A DNA stretch of 64,000 nt from an uncultured Acidobacteriota bacterium. Its GTDB lineage: Bacteria > Acidobacteriota > Thermoanaerobaculia > Gp7-AA8. The notes below the pieces were generated by a model. That model saw only the letters and a list, made by a program, of their open reading frames with translations. It was not told where the DNA came from and made no database searches. Made by a program: the position numbers and the translations under genes. Each line of letters opens with the position of its first letter. Position 1 is the first letter of the stretch. Of this stretch, positions 44,203 to 53,712 are shown one piece after another. The stretch is taken from the NCBI GenBank assembly GCA_963822445.1, contig CAWGHO010000001.1, positions 320,001 to 384,000 of the forward strand. Reading direction: 5' to 3'.

Positions 44203-44677
44203 CGATCCCTTCCAAATCCTCGACCGTATTTACGTTGCTGAGCGGGGCGCCGATGCCGATGATCCCCTGTTCCCACAGTCCGTGCAAATCGCGGCGTCCC
44301 GCGGCAAGGCGCCGCTCGATCTCCGGCAACCGCGCCGGATCCCAGACGGCACAGAGCGCCTGCCCATCCGCGACACGGCCGTCGTCACGAAGCAGGCGAA
44401 GGACGTCGCTCGTAATCAGCGGATAGTCGACCGCCATGATGAAGCAGCGCTCCTGCGCGTGACGCAACGCCGTGACGATGCCGAAGATCGCACCGTCATC
44501 CTCGTGCGGCTCTTCGAAGACCGTGGGGATGCTCATCGCGTCGCCGCCGGGCCGCTGCACGGCCAGGACCTCGTCGAACACCGGCTGCGCCGCGGCGAGG
44601 ACGCGGTCGAAGAACAGCTCGACTTTCGATCTGCCGAGGCGGCGGGAGCGGCCTCCGACGAGGATGTAGCATCTCAT
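44192..44677 (-). CDS. mobA: Molybdenum cofactor guanylyltransferase (short form)
   Basis: ILVGGRSRRLGRSK, MAVDYP, NVNTVED; adjacent to moaC. Confidence 0.85.
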   Translation of the reverse strand: MRCYILVGGRSRRLGRSKVELFFDRVLAAAQPVFDEVLAVQRPGGDAMSIPTVFEEPHEDDGAIFGIVTALRHAQERCFIMAVDYPLITSDVLRLLRDDGRVADGQALCAVWDPARLPEIERRLAAGRRDLHGLWEQGIIGIGAPLSNVNTVEDLEGIDGR

Positions 44678-44680
44678 GGA

Positions 44681-45331
44681 GTGCGCGTCAGCGTGATCAT
44701 CCCTTCCCTGAACGAGGCCGCGACCATCGGCGCCGCGATCGACTCCGCTGCTGGAGCGGAAGTGATCGTAACCGACGGCGGCAGCACCGACGGCACGATC
44801 GAAGTTGCCCGCGCGCACGGAGCACGTGTCATCGAAGGAGAATCGATGCGCGCGCGGCAGATGAACCGCGCCGCCGGGGTTGCGACCGACGAGGCGCTGA
44901 TCTTCCTCCACGCCGACACGATTCTTCCCGCGGGTGCGCTCGATGCGGTCCGGAACGCTCTGCAAAACGGATGTGTCTTCGGCGGCTTTCGCATCGCCTT
45001 CGTCGAGCCGGGCCTCGACGGCGTCGCTCGCGCAATCAACGTCCGAACGCGCTGGACGCGCGCGCCGTGGGGCGACCAGGCCCAGTTCATCCGCCGCGAT
45101 GCGTTTCTTGCGGCAGGCGGCTTCCGCGAGATCCCGATCATGGAGGATTACGAGCTCGCTCGCCGGATGAAGCGCGCCGGACCAACGACCATCCTCCCCC
45201 TCACCGTCCGCACCTCGGGCCGCAGATTTCTGCAGAAGGGGCTCGTGCGCACGGCCGTGGTGAACTGGACGATCATCCTCGCCTACCACCTCGGCGTCTC
45301 GCCGGAGCGGCTCGCGCGCTGGTATCGCTGA
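44681..45331 (+). CDS. GT2 glycosyltransferase (TIGR04283-like)
   Basis: SVIIPSLNE, DGGSTD, FLHADT, WGDQAQF, MEDYEL, TSGRRF. Confidence 0.9.
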   Translation: MRVSVIIPSLNEAATIGAAIDSAAGAEVIVTDGGSTDGTIEVARAHGARVIEGESMRARQMNRAAGVATDEALIFLHADTILPAGALDAVRNALQNGCVFGGFRIAFVEPGLDGVARAINVRTRWTRAPWGDQAQFIRRDAFLAAGGFREIPIMEDYELARRMKRAGPTTILPLTVRTSGRRFLQKGLVRTAVVNWTIILAYHLGVSPERLARWYR

Positions 45332-45332
45332 C

Positions 45333-45809
45333 TCAGCGCCGCTTCTTCGTCGACTCCTCGATCTTTTTCGCGTGACGGGCCTGACCGAGGGAGACGTTGA
45401 TCGGATTGGTGCGGTCGAGAAACGGAACGGCCGGGCGGGCGCGGATGCCGAAGGACTTCCGGACCTGCAGGAGGTACTCATGTTCGGGAACGAGCTTCAG
45501 CCCGTTGTCGACGGTCTCGATGGCTTTCTTGCGATTTCCGGCGGCCGTGTAGACGCGGGAGAGATTGGCGTAGTGATCGCCGTTGTAGAACTCGAGATCG
45601 ATGGCGCGCCGGCAGAGATCGATGGCCATCTTGAAGTCTTTCCGAACCAGGGCGAGGCAGAGACCGAAGAATGACAGGCCGGCTGCATCCCGCGGCGTGC
45701 GGATGGGCGGCGAGTTTTCGGTCCCGTAGATGTCGAGGAACTTCGTCAGGGCGTGGAGGTAGTCTTCCCCGCGGACTTCTTCGATCGCTTCATCAACCTT
45801 CGATCGCAT
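45333..45809 (-). CDS. TPR protein
   Basis: AIDLCRRAIDLEFYNGDHYANL TPR pattern. Confidence 0.8.
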   Translation of the reverse strand: MRSKVDEAIEEVRGEDYLHALTKFLDIYGTENSPPIRTPRDAAGLSFFGLCLALVRKDFKMAIDLCRRAIDLEFYNGDHYANLSRVYTAAGNRKKAIETVDNGLKLVPEHEYLLQVRKSFGIRARPAVPFLDRTNPINVSLGQARHAKKIEESTKKRR

Positions 45810-46525
45810 CAGATCAGCTCTCGCGAGCGCAGACGGTGCACGTAGCGCGAGATTCTCTCCCTTTCTTCTTCATTCGGGTCGATGAATCGCATCCCGTACT
45901 TCGACATCGAGCCCGCGAACTCCGCCCGCAGCACCTCGGCCACGATCTGCAGGGGCTTGGGATCGCCGGGCAGGTAGAAGTGAAGCCGCATCGGCCCGTC
46001 CTGCGGAAGCATGCGATCGACTTCGAGGAGGATGCCGGTCGAGGAAATGTTGATGCTGCGGCCGAGGACGAAGCGGCCGTTCTTTTCGAGCGACACTTCG
46101 ATTTTCGTGATCGTGCGGAGCTGCCGGCGCACGGGGATGTTCGTCAGCCGCTCCACCTTCTGATCCAGTTCCGGTTTGAGCAGGGGGCGGAAGATCACGT
46201 CGTTGCATCCCGCGGAAAGACAGAGGTCGCCGTGCTCGCGGTTTTCGCGATCGCAGACGAGCAGCAGGGAGATGCCTTTCGTCTCGTCGTGAGCGCGGAT
46301 CTCGCGGCAGAATTCCGGCGCGGTCATGTCGAACAGGTCGTAGCCGAACATGATCAGGTTCGGATGTTCTTCGCGCGCACGGACCAGCCCTTCCGAACCG
46401 GCCAGCGCGGTCTTGATCTGCATCTCTTTCCGCTTGAGGATCGACTCCTGGAAGATGAGGGCGCCGCGGGAGTGATCGACGAGCAGAATGACGCCCTTCT
46501 CCGGCTGCATCGACTCGTTGCTCAT
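45809..46525 (-). CDS. Pseudo-receiver + PilZ domain protein
   Basis: Receiver fold lacking phospho-Asp; PilZ RRQLR and NISSTG. Confidence 0.85.
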   Translation of the reverse strand: MSNESMQPEKGVILLVDHSRGALIFQESILKRKEMQIKTALAGSEGLVRAREEHPNLIMFGYDLFDMTAPEFCREIRAHDETKGISLLLVCDRENREHGDLCLSAGCNDVIFRPLLKPELDQKVERLTNIPVRRQLRTITKIEVSLEKNGRFVLGRSINISSTGILLEVDRMLPQDGPMRLHFYLPGDPKPLQIVAEVLRAEFAGSMSKYGMRFIDPNEEERERISRYVHRLRSRELI

Positions 46526-47652
46526 GCGGCGGAGATCTCCCGCAGTCTGCGCACGGCGCGCGTAAGGTCTTCGATCAGCATGGAGATGTGCGCGGGAGTA
46601 TTCGATTTGCCGAGGCCGAAGCGGATGGAGCCGAAGGCCGCGGCGTCGGTTGCGCCGATGGCTTTGAGGACGCGCGAAGGTCCGCGGTCACCCGCGCTGC
46701 AGGCCGAGCCGGAGGAAAGAGAGAAATGCTTCATTGCCAGGATCAGGGAGTCGGCCTCGATGCGCTCGAAACTGATGTTGAGATTGCCCGGCAATCTTAA
46801 CTCCCGCGGTCCGTTCACTGAAACGTTTGGGATCTCGGCGAGGATCCCGTCGCGCAGCATTTCGCGGAGCTCGGTCAGCCGCACAGCCTCCTCAGTCATT
46901 TCCGTCGTACGCAATTGAATGGCCGCGGCCATCCCCACGACGCCGGGAACATTGACCGTTCCGGGACGCGCGTTGCGCTCCTGTCCCCCGCCGACGACCA
47001 CCGGCTCGATGCGAATGCCGCGGCGGACCATCAGCCCGCCGATGCCTTTCGGCCCGTACAGCTTGTGCGCGGAGAACGAGGCCAGATCGACGTTCGCCAG
47101 ATCGAGCGCGATCTTCCCCGCGGCCTGGGTCATGTCTGTGTGAAAGAGGATTCCCCGCTCCCGGCAGATCGCGGCCAGCTCGGCGATGGGCTGGATGGTG
47201 CCGATCTCGCCGTTCGCGGCTTCGATCGAGACCAGGCGCGTTTCCGGCCGGATCGCGTCGCGCAAGGCGTCAGCGGTAATGAAGCCTTCGCGATCGGGCT
47301 GGATGACGGTGACGCCCGGTTTGCGTTCGGCAGGGACGAGGATGGACTTGTGCTCGGTCGCGCCGGTGATGAGGTGCTGATCAGGCTTGAGGATGTTCAG
47401 GGCGATGTTGTTCGACTCGGTCGCCCCCGCGGTGAAGTAAATCTCCGGCGGGAGGACACCGAAGAACCGGGCGATGGCGATGCGCGCGTCTTCGACCGCG
47501 CTGGAGGCCTTGCGTCCGTGCTGATGGGTGATCGAAGCGGGATTGCCGAAGTGCTCGGAAAAATACGGGAGCATGGCCTCGACCACACGCGGATCGCACG
47601 GGGTGGTGGCGTGGTGGTCGAGGTAGACGACGTCGAGGGGCACGGTGCCCAT
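46522..47652 (-). CDS. Cysteine desulfurase (IscS-like)
   Basis: YLDHHATTP, SAHKLYGPKG, SSGSACSAG. Confidence 0.93.
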   Translation of the reverse strand: MGTVPLDVVYLDHHATTPCDPRVVEAMLPYFSEHFGNPASITHQHGRKASSAVEDARIAIARFFGVLPPEIYFTAGATESNNIALNILKPDQHLITGATEHKSILVPAERKPGVTVIQPDREGFITADALRDAIRPETRLVSIEAANGEIGTIQPIAELAAICRERGILFHTDMTQAAGKIALDLANVDLASFSAHKLYGPKGIGGLMVRRGIRIEPVVVGGGQERNARPGTVNVPGVVGMAAAIQLRTTEMTEEAVRLTELREMLRDGILAEIPNVSVNGPRELRLPGNLNISFERIEADSLILAMKHFSLSSGSACSAGDRGPSRVLKAIGATDAAAFGSIRFGLGKSNTPAHISMLIEDLTRAVRRLREISAA

Positions 47653-47660
47653 GATACGCA

Positions 47661-47755
47661 GGAGCGCCGGCGTCCTCGCCGGCTGGACCGCCGGCGTCCC
47701 GCCGGCTGCAGCCGAGGACGGCTGCGGTACAGCCGCCGGGCCGGCGGCGCTCCAC
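47661..47755. repeat. Cluster of four REP-like GC palindromes
   Basis: ggagcgccggcgtcctcgccggc / tggaccgccggcgtcccgccggc / gcagccgaggacggctgc / gccgccgggccggcggcgctcca. Confidence 0.85.
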
Positions 47756-47759
47756 CGTG

Positions 47760-49073
47760 CTACCGCCGCCGCCGTCTGCGCCGTTTCGTCTGCTGCTGCT
47801 CCCCTTCTTCCTGCGCACGTTTCGCGCGTGTCGCAAAGGCCTGCCACTGACGGAAGACGTCGATGTAACGGCCGGAGGAAAGCGCGTAGAGCTCGAGAAG
47901 AGCGAGGGCGTCGTTGAACGGGTCGCGAAACACGGCCCGGAACTGCGCGCGGCGATCGCTGGGCGGCTCGAGCAGCCGCCAGAGCGTTTCCAGGGCCTGT
48001 TCGATCTGATGACGTGTGCCGGCGGCGAAGGCCATGCGTGCGCACAGCGGCTGGATGAGATCGCGGATGAACACGATCACTTCGCCGATGCGCATGCGCG
48101 TGTCGCGGCGCACTTCTTCCTGCTCGATCTCGTACACGACCCACGGCAGCATCAGCACGGACAGCAGCACCGCGTCGGAGATCTGCCGCCCGGCCTGCAC
48201 GGTGCGGTCGAGCACTTCCAGCATTTTCCAGAAGTACGGCGCGCGATCGCCTTTGACCGCGTTGTAGATCTCGGGCAGCAGCGGCTCGAGCAGGCCCGTG
48301 TCGACCATCAGCCGGATCGCGCCGCGCGACCATCCCCGCCGCAACAACTCCAGAATCTCTTCCGACACGCGCGGAGGGGAAGCCTTCAGGATCTCCCCAC
48401 GATGGCGGAGGATGCCGTTGTACGTGGCCGCCTCGATCTCGAATCCGAGTCGTGAGGCGAACTCGATGGCGCGCATCATCCGCACCGGGTCTTCGCGGAA
48501 GCGGAGATCGGGATCGCCGATTACCCGAACGCGCGAGTCGTGCAGGTCCTCGACGCCGTTCACGTAATCGATCACCGAAAAATCGGCGATGTTGTAGAAC
48601 AGCGCGTTGATGGTGAAGTCGCGGCGCCGCGCGTCCTGCAGCGGCGACCCGAACGTGTTGTCGTCCGTGATCAGAAAATCCTCAGCCTCGGTCTCCGCCA
48701 GCGTCCGCTCCGGCTCGCGGCGGAACGTCGCCACCTCGACCACCTGATCCTGAAAAATGATGTGCACCAGGCGGAAGCGGCGGCCGATGATCCGGCTGTT
48801 GCGGAACAGACGCCGCACTTCCGCGGGATGAGCGTCGGTGACGACGTCGAAATCCTTCGGCGTGCGTCCCATGAGCAGATCGCGAACGCTGCCACCGCAC
48901 AGATACGCGCGGAAGCCGCTGCGGTGCAGGCGGTAGAGAACCTTGAGCACGTTCTCGGGGATGCTGCGCCGCGAGATCGGATGCCCGCCGCGATCGATCA
49001 CCGTGCCGTCGGGCTGGTGCTCGGACTCGACGTGGACGTGATCGTCCGCTTCCTGATTAATACTCGGATCCAT
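47760..49073 (-). CDS. pcnB: Poly(A) polymerase I
   Basis: GGSVRDLL, KDFDV, IIGRRFRLVH PAP signature, RRDFTINAL, EDPVRMMRA. Confidence 0.95.
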   Translation of the reverse strand: MDPSINQEADDHVHVESEHQPDGTVIDRGGHPISRRSIPENVLKVLYRLHRSGFRAYLCGGSVRDLLMGRTPKDFDVVTDAHPAEVRRLFRNSRIIGRRFRLVHIIFQDQVVEVATFRREPERTLAETEAEDFLITDDNTFGSPLQDARRRDFTINALFYNIADFSVIDYVNGVEDLHDSRVRVIGDPDLRFREDPVRMMRAIEFASRLGFEIEAATYNGILRHRGEILKASPPRVSEEILELLRRGWSRGAIRLMVDTGLLEPLLPEIYNAVKGDRAPYFWKMLEVLDRTVQAGRQISDAVLLSVLMLPWVVYEIEQEEVRRDTRMRIGEVIVFIRDLIQPLCARMAFAAGTRHQIEQALETLWRLLEPPSDRRAQFRAVFRDPFNDALALLELYALSSGRYIDVFRQWQAFATRAKRAQEEGEQQQTKRRRRRRR

Positions 49074-49824
49074 AAGAGGTCACGCCGGGCGTGTAGTGGT
49101 ACTTGCTGTCGATGATGAAAAAGGAACGGTCCCAGCGGGTACGGCTGAAGAAGTGGCGGATGACGCTGGCCAGCTCTTTCACCCGCTCGCGCGGCTGACC
49201 GTCCACGGAGACCGGCCTCATGACCGGCTCGAACGACCAATAGACCATGAACGCGCGTCCCTTGATGAGGGAACGAGGCACGGCGCCCCAGTAGCGGGAG
49301 TCGTACGAGTGATCGCGGTTGTCGCCCATGGCGAAGAAATGGTCGTCGGGAACGCGGTACGGCCCGAAGTGGTCGCGCGAGCGCCAGGGCTCGGGCAAGG
49401 CCACACGCTGGTCGGGAAAGGTCTGCTTGTCGGTGTGCACGACGTACGGCTCGGGCAGGGCCTTGCCCTCGACGTAGATCTTCTTGTTGCGGATGGAGAT
49501 CGTCTCGCCGGGAAGGCCGATGACGCGCTTGACGTAGTCGGTCTCCGGATTTTCCGGATAACGGAAGACGATGATGTCGCCGCGGCGGATGGTCCGCATC
49601 GGAAAGAGCTTTTCCAGCGTGTCCGAGGCGTTGGCGCCGTAGATGAATTTGTTCACGATGATGTGGTCGCCGACCTTCAGGTTGTCTTCCATCGACCCGG
49701 TTGGGATCTTGAAGGCCTGAAACGCGAAGATGCGCGCGAAATTGACGAAGATGATGGCGATCAGCAGCGCTTCGTAGTACTCGCGGACCGTCGACTTCTT
49801 CTCGCGCTCATCATCTGCTGCCAT
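49057..49824 (-). CDS. lepB: Signal peptidase I
   Basis: IPTGSM (Ser), YVKRVIG (Lys), MGDNRDHSYDSRYWG. Confidence 0.96.
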   Translation of the reverse strand: MAADDEREKKSTVREYYEALLIAIIFVNFARIFAFQAFKIPTGSMEDNLKVGDHIIVNKFIYGANASDTLEKLFPMRTIRRGDIIVFRYPENPETDYVKRVIGLPGETISIRNKKIYVEGKALPEPYVVHTDKQTFPDQRVALPEPWRSRDHFGPYRVPDDHFFAMGDNRDHSYDSRYWGAVPRSLIKGRAFMVYWSFEPVMRPVSVDGQPRERVKELASVIRHFFSRTRWDRSFFIIDSKYHYTPGVTSYGSEY

Positions 49825-50950
49825 TCGGTGGGCTGGTCCTCTTCAGTTGCTCGGCAATGAAACGCGCGGCAAACGATTCTACGACAGCGGGCGGAACCGC
49901 GACGACGTTGCGGGTCTGGCGGTAGTGGCCGGCTTTGATGTCCGGGTCGGGATAGATACGTACGGCGGGCGTCCCGCCCGCTTCGCGACGGGCATGATGC
50001 CCGTCGCCCGGCGGGCGGGACGCCCGCCGTACGTCGACCACGAACGCCCTAGTCGCATCCATCCAACTCGTCTCCCCCACCCTCTTCCACAGCGCCTCGT
50101 CCGGCTCCTTGCTGGTGATCACCATCGCCACCCGCGCATTTCTCATCAGCTCCGCGCGGGCGTCGCTCCAGGTCAGACGGTCGGGCGTCACCCAGATCAC
50201 CAGCGGCAGGCGCTCGTTGTAGGCGATGTCGGGGCGCTGAATGACGATCGCGTCGCCGATGAACGGCTCGATGCTCATGTCCAGCTTCACAGGGGGCTTC
50301 AGCGCCGGCGTGCGCTGCTCGCCGCTGTACTTGAGGACGTCGATCGCGTCCGCGGTCACGGGACTCGAATAAACGACTGCGTAGCGCTCGGCCTGAGGGT
50401 CCCAGCCGAGGGCGTGGACCGTCGAGAAGGGGAAGTCGACGCTGAAGCTGTACGAGCTGGGGATGTGCAGCGTCCGGACGATGTCGCCGAACTTCGAGCG
50501 GATCACGTAGCTGATCTTGCTGCCCCGCGGCGCCCACTGCACGGCGACCTCATCGGCGGGATCGTTCGGCACCCAGCTGATGTCGCTCCCCTCGGTCGCC
50601 ACGAGCCCGATGTCGAAGTCGTCATCGCGCTTGACCGAAAAGACGACCTCGCCTCGCGCGTCGGAGAGATCGAACGAATCAAGAGCCATGAACGGCTCGG
50701 TCAGCCGCTTTTCGGCGTTCGCGATCATCGGACCGATGGCGTTCGTGACCACCTTGATCGGTCCTTTCGGCACCGTGAGCGCCGCCGGTTGCGAGCTGGG
50801 GGCGACCTTGCCGTCGGCGCCCAGAACGACCGAGCGGATGCGCGTCGTGGCAGGCACGCTCATCCAGTCCGGGGGGATGGTCTGGAGGGTGGTTGCGCAG
50901 CCGGCCAGAACGGTTAGAAACGGTAAGAATCGCAGGGGCCGCCAGAGCAT
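49811..50950 (-). CDS. Lipoprotein, TolB/peptidase-S9-propeller-like, hypothetical
   Basis: LAGC lipobox; WAPRGSKISY propeller-like motif. Confidence 0.65.
   Translation of the reverse strand: MLWRPLRFLPFLTVLAGCATTLQTIPPDWMSVPATTRIRSVVLGADGKVAPSSQPAALTVPKGPIKVVTNAIGPMIANAEKRLTEPFMALDSFDLSDARGEVVFSVKRDDDFDIGLVATEGSDISWVPNDPADEVAVQWAPRGSKISYVIRSKFGDIVRTLHIPSSYSFSVDFPFSTVHALGWDPQAERYAVVYSSPVTADAIDVLKYSGEQRTPALKPPVKLDMSIEPFIGDAIVIQRPDIAYNERLPLVIWVTPDRLTWSDARAELMRNARVAMVITSKEPDEALWKRVGETSWMDATRAFVVDVRRASRPPGDGHHARREAGGTPAVRIYPDPDIKAGHYRQTRNVVAVPPAVVESFAARFIAEQLKRTSPPNGSR
49958..50034. repeat. REP-like palindrome inserted in frame inside CDS
   Basis: acgtacggcgggcgtcccgcccgc..gcgacgggcatgatgcccgtcgc..gcgggcgggacgcccgccgtacgt. 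Confidence 0.85.
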
Positions 50951-51023
50951 CGAAATGCATTCTAAATCATTGATAAGAAAAGCTGAAATAGTTGGTTGCA
51001 CACTTGCAAATAACTTCCGTACT

Positions 51024-51977
51024 ATGGACCTGCAAAGGCACCTCATCGAATCCCAGAAGACACCCAAAAAGCGCGGTGGCTGGAAGGCCTCCGCGACGTC
51101 GATTGCCCTTCACGGACTGCTGGTCGGCTCGATCGTTTTCGCCGGCGCGCAGGCCAAGCACAGCGTGGCCGCCGAAAAGGCCATGCCGGCCTTCCTCACC
51201 CAGGGCGCGGCCCCGCCGCCCCCTCCGCCGCCACCGCCCCCGAAAAAGGCGAGCGGCGGCCAGCAGCAGGCCACGCCGAAGGTGCAACAGCCGAAGCCGG
51301 TGGTCGTCCAGCGCAATCCGCTGACGCCGCCGGTGGAGATTCCGAAGGAGCTCCCGAAGCTCGATCCCCTTCCGACGACGAAGAACCTCCCGATCGCCGA
51401 GGAACCGGTTGCGGAGTCCGCTCCGGATGATGGCGGAACCGCGGGCGGGGATGCCGTGAACGGCGTGGTCGGCGGCGTTGAAGGCGGCGTGGCCGGCGGT
51501 GTCGTCGGCGGCGAAGTCGGAGGCGTCATCGGCGGTGAGATCGGCGGCGTCAAAGGCGGCGTAGTCGGCGGCCAGGTCGGCGGCACCGGAACGGGTACCG
51601 AAGGCTCGGGCACTGGCGGCGTCGAAGCGCCTGTCGAGCCTCCTCCGCCACCCCCGCCGCCCCCGCCACCACCCCCGGTTCCGACCGGTCCGATGCGCGT
51701 CGGCGGCGCCGTGAAGGCCCCGACCGTGACCAACCGCGCCCAGCCTGATTACACCGAGGCCGCGCGCAAGGCCCGCATCGCCGGGACAGTCATCGTCGAA
51801 GCGATCATCGATCGCAACGGCAACGTCGACCAGGTGCGAGTAGTCAAAGGCCTGCCGATGGGACTCAGCGAACAGGCAGTGAACGCCGTGAAGAAGTGGA
51901 AGTTCCGACCCGGGACGATGAACGGAAACAACGTCGACACGATCTTCAATCTGACCGTGTCGTTCCAGCTGGAGTAG
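51024..51977 (+). CDS. Energy transducer TonB family protein
   Basis: SIALHG TM anchor, Pro-rich and GGV repeats, YTEAAR..GTV..WKFRPG C-terminal domain. Confidence 0.93.
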   Translation: MDLQRHLIESQKTPKKRGGWKASATSIALHGLLVGSIVFAGAQAKHSVAAEKAMPAFLTQGAAPPPPPPPPPPKKASGGQQQATPKVQQPKPVVVQRNPLTPPVEIPKELPKLDPLPTTKNLPIAEEPVAESAPDDGGTAGGDAVNGVVGGVEGGVAGGVVGGEVGGVIGGEIGGVKGGVVGGQVGGTGTGTEGSGTGGVEAPVEPPPPPPPPPPPPPVPTGPMRVGGAVKAPTVTNRAQPDYTEAARKARIAGTVIVEAIIDRNGNVDQVRVVKGLPMGLSEQAVNAVKKWKFRPGTMNGNNVDTIFNLTVSFQLE

Positions 51978-52089
51978 TACGGCGCTTCGCGCCTCGCAGT
52001 AGGCAGTGGGCGGTAGGCGGTAGGCGGTGGAACCAAACCACCGCCTACCGCGAGGTCGCGCAGCGGCCGTACCGCCTACTGCCTACTGC
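51974..52089. repeat. Inverted tandem-heptamer element (GTAGGCR)n ... (GCCTACY)n between convergent genes
   Basis: cagtaggcagtgggcggtaggcggtaggcggtgg ... ccaccgcctacc...cgcctactgcctactg. Confidence 0.9.
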
Positions 52090-52091
52090 TT

Positions 52092-53687
52092 CTAAAAGGC
52101 CTTCGCCTCCGCCGCCGTCTTCCCCTGCTTCCCCACCTTCCTCGAGATCGCCTTGGCCTGCTGGAAGAGGCCGAGGTAGTCGCGGCCGCCGGCTTTGGAG
52201 TCGGTGCCGGACATGTTGAAGCCGCCGAAGGGGTGCACACCAACCAGGGCACCGGTGCACTTGCGATTCAGGTAGAGATTGCCGACGAAGAACTCCTCAC
52301 GCGCGCGATCGAGCTTCTCCTCGTTCTCCGTGAACACCGCCCCGGTCAGGCCGAACTGCGTGTCATTCGCGATGCGCAGCGCGTCATCGAAATCCTTCGC
52401 TTTGATCACCGCCAGCACCGGTCCGAAGATCTCTTCCTGCGCGATCGTCGCCTGCGGATCGACGTCCGCGATCACGGTCGGCTCGACGTAGAAGCCGTCA
52501 TTGGGATCGACGTTGCCGCCGGCCACGAGCCGCCCTTCCTTCGCGCCCTTGTCGATGTACTCCTTGATCTTCTTCATCGCCTTTTCGTTGACGACCGGGC
52601 CGACCTGCGCGTCGGCGAATGTCGGATCGCCGATCTTCAGCTTCTTCGTCTTCTCGACGATCAGTGGCAGGATCTCGTCGTAGATCGCCTCGTCGATGAT
52701 CGCCCGCGAACAGGCCGAGCACTTCTGTCCCTGAAAGCCGAACGCCGACGCAACCACCGCTGCCGCGGCTTCATCGAGATTCGACCATTCTTTGTCGACG
52801 ATGATCGCGTCCTTGCCGCCCATCTCCGCGACGACACGTTTGATCCAGAGCTGCCCCTTCTGATGCTTGGCCGCCTCCTCGTTGATGTGCAGCCCGACTT
52901 CCTTCGAGCCGGTGAAGGAGATGAAGCGGATGCGCGGGCTCTGCACGAGCGGATCGCCGACTTCCCCACCCGAGCCGCTGACGAAGTTGACGACGCCCGG
53001 CGGCATGCCTGCTTCTTCCAGCAACGCCACCAGGCGATACGCGATCCACGGCGAGTCCGATGAAGGCTTGAGCACGACGCAGTTGCCGCTCACCACCGCG
53101 GCGGTGGTCATGCCCGCCATGATCGCCAGCGGGAAGTTCCACGGCGGAATGACCGCGCCGACGCCCAACGGGATGTAAACGAGATCGTTGTCTTCGCCGG
53201 CGATCTTCACGATCGGCTGTTCGCCGGCGTAGCGATAGGCCTCACGCGCGTAAAACTCGAGGAAGTCGATCGCCTCGGCTGTATCCGCATCAGCTTCGGA
53301 CCAGGTCTTACCGACTTCGTAAATCATCACCGCGGAGAACTCGTGCTTCCGCTCGCGCATCAGCGCCGCGGCTTTGAGCAGCAGTCCCGCGCGAACGTCG
53401 ACCGGCTGGCGCTTCCAGCTCTCGAACGCTTTCCACGCTTCTTCAATGGCCCGCTCGACGTGCGCGCGCGAACCTTTTTGAAACTTGCCCAGGAGCTGCT
53501 CCTTGTGGGCGGGATTGATCGATTCGAACGTCTTGAGGCCGGTGATACGCTCCCCGCCGATGATCAGCGGGTACTCGCGGCCCAGCTCGCGTTTCACTCT
53601 CTCGAGCGCCCCTTCCATCGCCGCTTTGTGCTCGGGATTGGAAAAGTCGGTCAGGGGCTCGTTTTTGAACTCGGGAAGACTTGGCAT
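52092..53687 (-). CDS. pruA: 1-pyrroline-5-carboxylate (L-glutamate gamma-semialdehyde) dehydrogenase
   Basis: FKNEP, PPWNFP, FTGSKEVG, AEMGGK, GFQGQKCSACSR, GTDSKAGG. Confidence 0.95.
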   Translation of the reverse strand: MPSLPEFKNEPLTDFSNPEHKAAMEGALERVKRELGREYPLIIGGERITGLKTFESINPAHKEQLLGKFQKGSRAHVERAIEEAWKAFESWKRQPVDVRAGLLLKAAALMRERKHEFSAVMIYEVGKTWSEADADTAEAIDFLEFYAREAYRYAGEQPIVKIAGEDNDLVYIPLGVGAVIPPWNFPLAIMAGMTTAAVVSGNCVVLKPSSDSPWIAYRLVALLEEAGMPPGVVNFVSGSGGEVGDPLVQSPRIRFISFTGSKEVGLHINEEAAKHQKGQLWIKRVVAEMGGKDAIIVDKEWSNLDEAAAAVVASAFGFQGQKCSACSRAIIDEAIYDEILPLIVEKTKKLKIGDPTFADAQVGPVVNEKAMKKIKEYIDKGAKEGRLVAGGNVDPNDGFYVEPTVIADVDPQATIAQEEIFGPVLAVIKAKDFDDALRIANDTQFGLTGAVFTENEEKLDRAREEFFVGNLYLNRKCTGALVGVHPFGGFNMSGTDSKAGGRDYLGLFQQAKAISRKVGKQGKTAAEAKAF

Positions 53688-53712
53688 GTAGGTTCCTTTC
53701 AAAAGCGTGCGC

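Noticed and set aside
47760-47790. Poly-Arg tail of PcnB (and RRFGRRRR of the barrel) as the RRxAVR signal
   Set aside because: PcnB is cytoplasmic, basic tails are normal for it, and both lack the (A/S)VR part
51200-51680. GGC/CCG-rich low-complexity tracts
   Set aside because: They encode the Pro-rich and GGV repeats typical of TonB proteins
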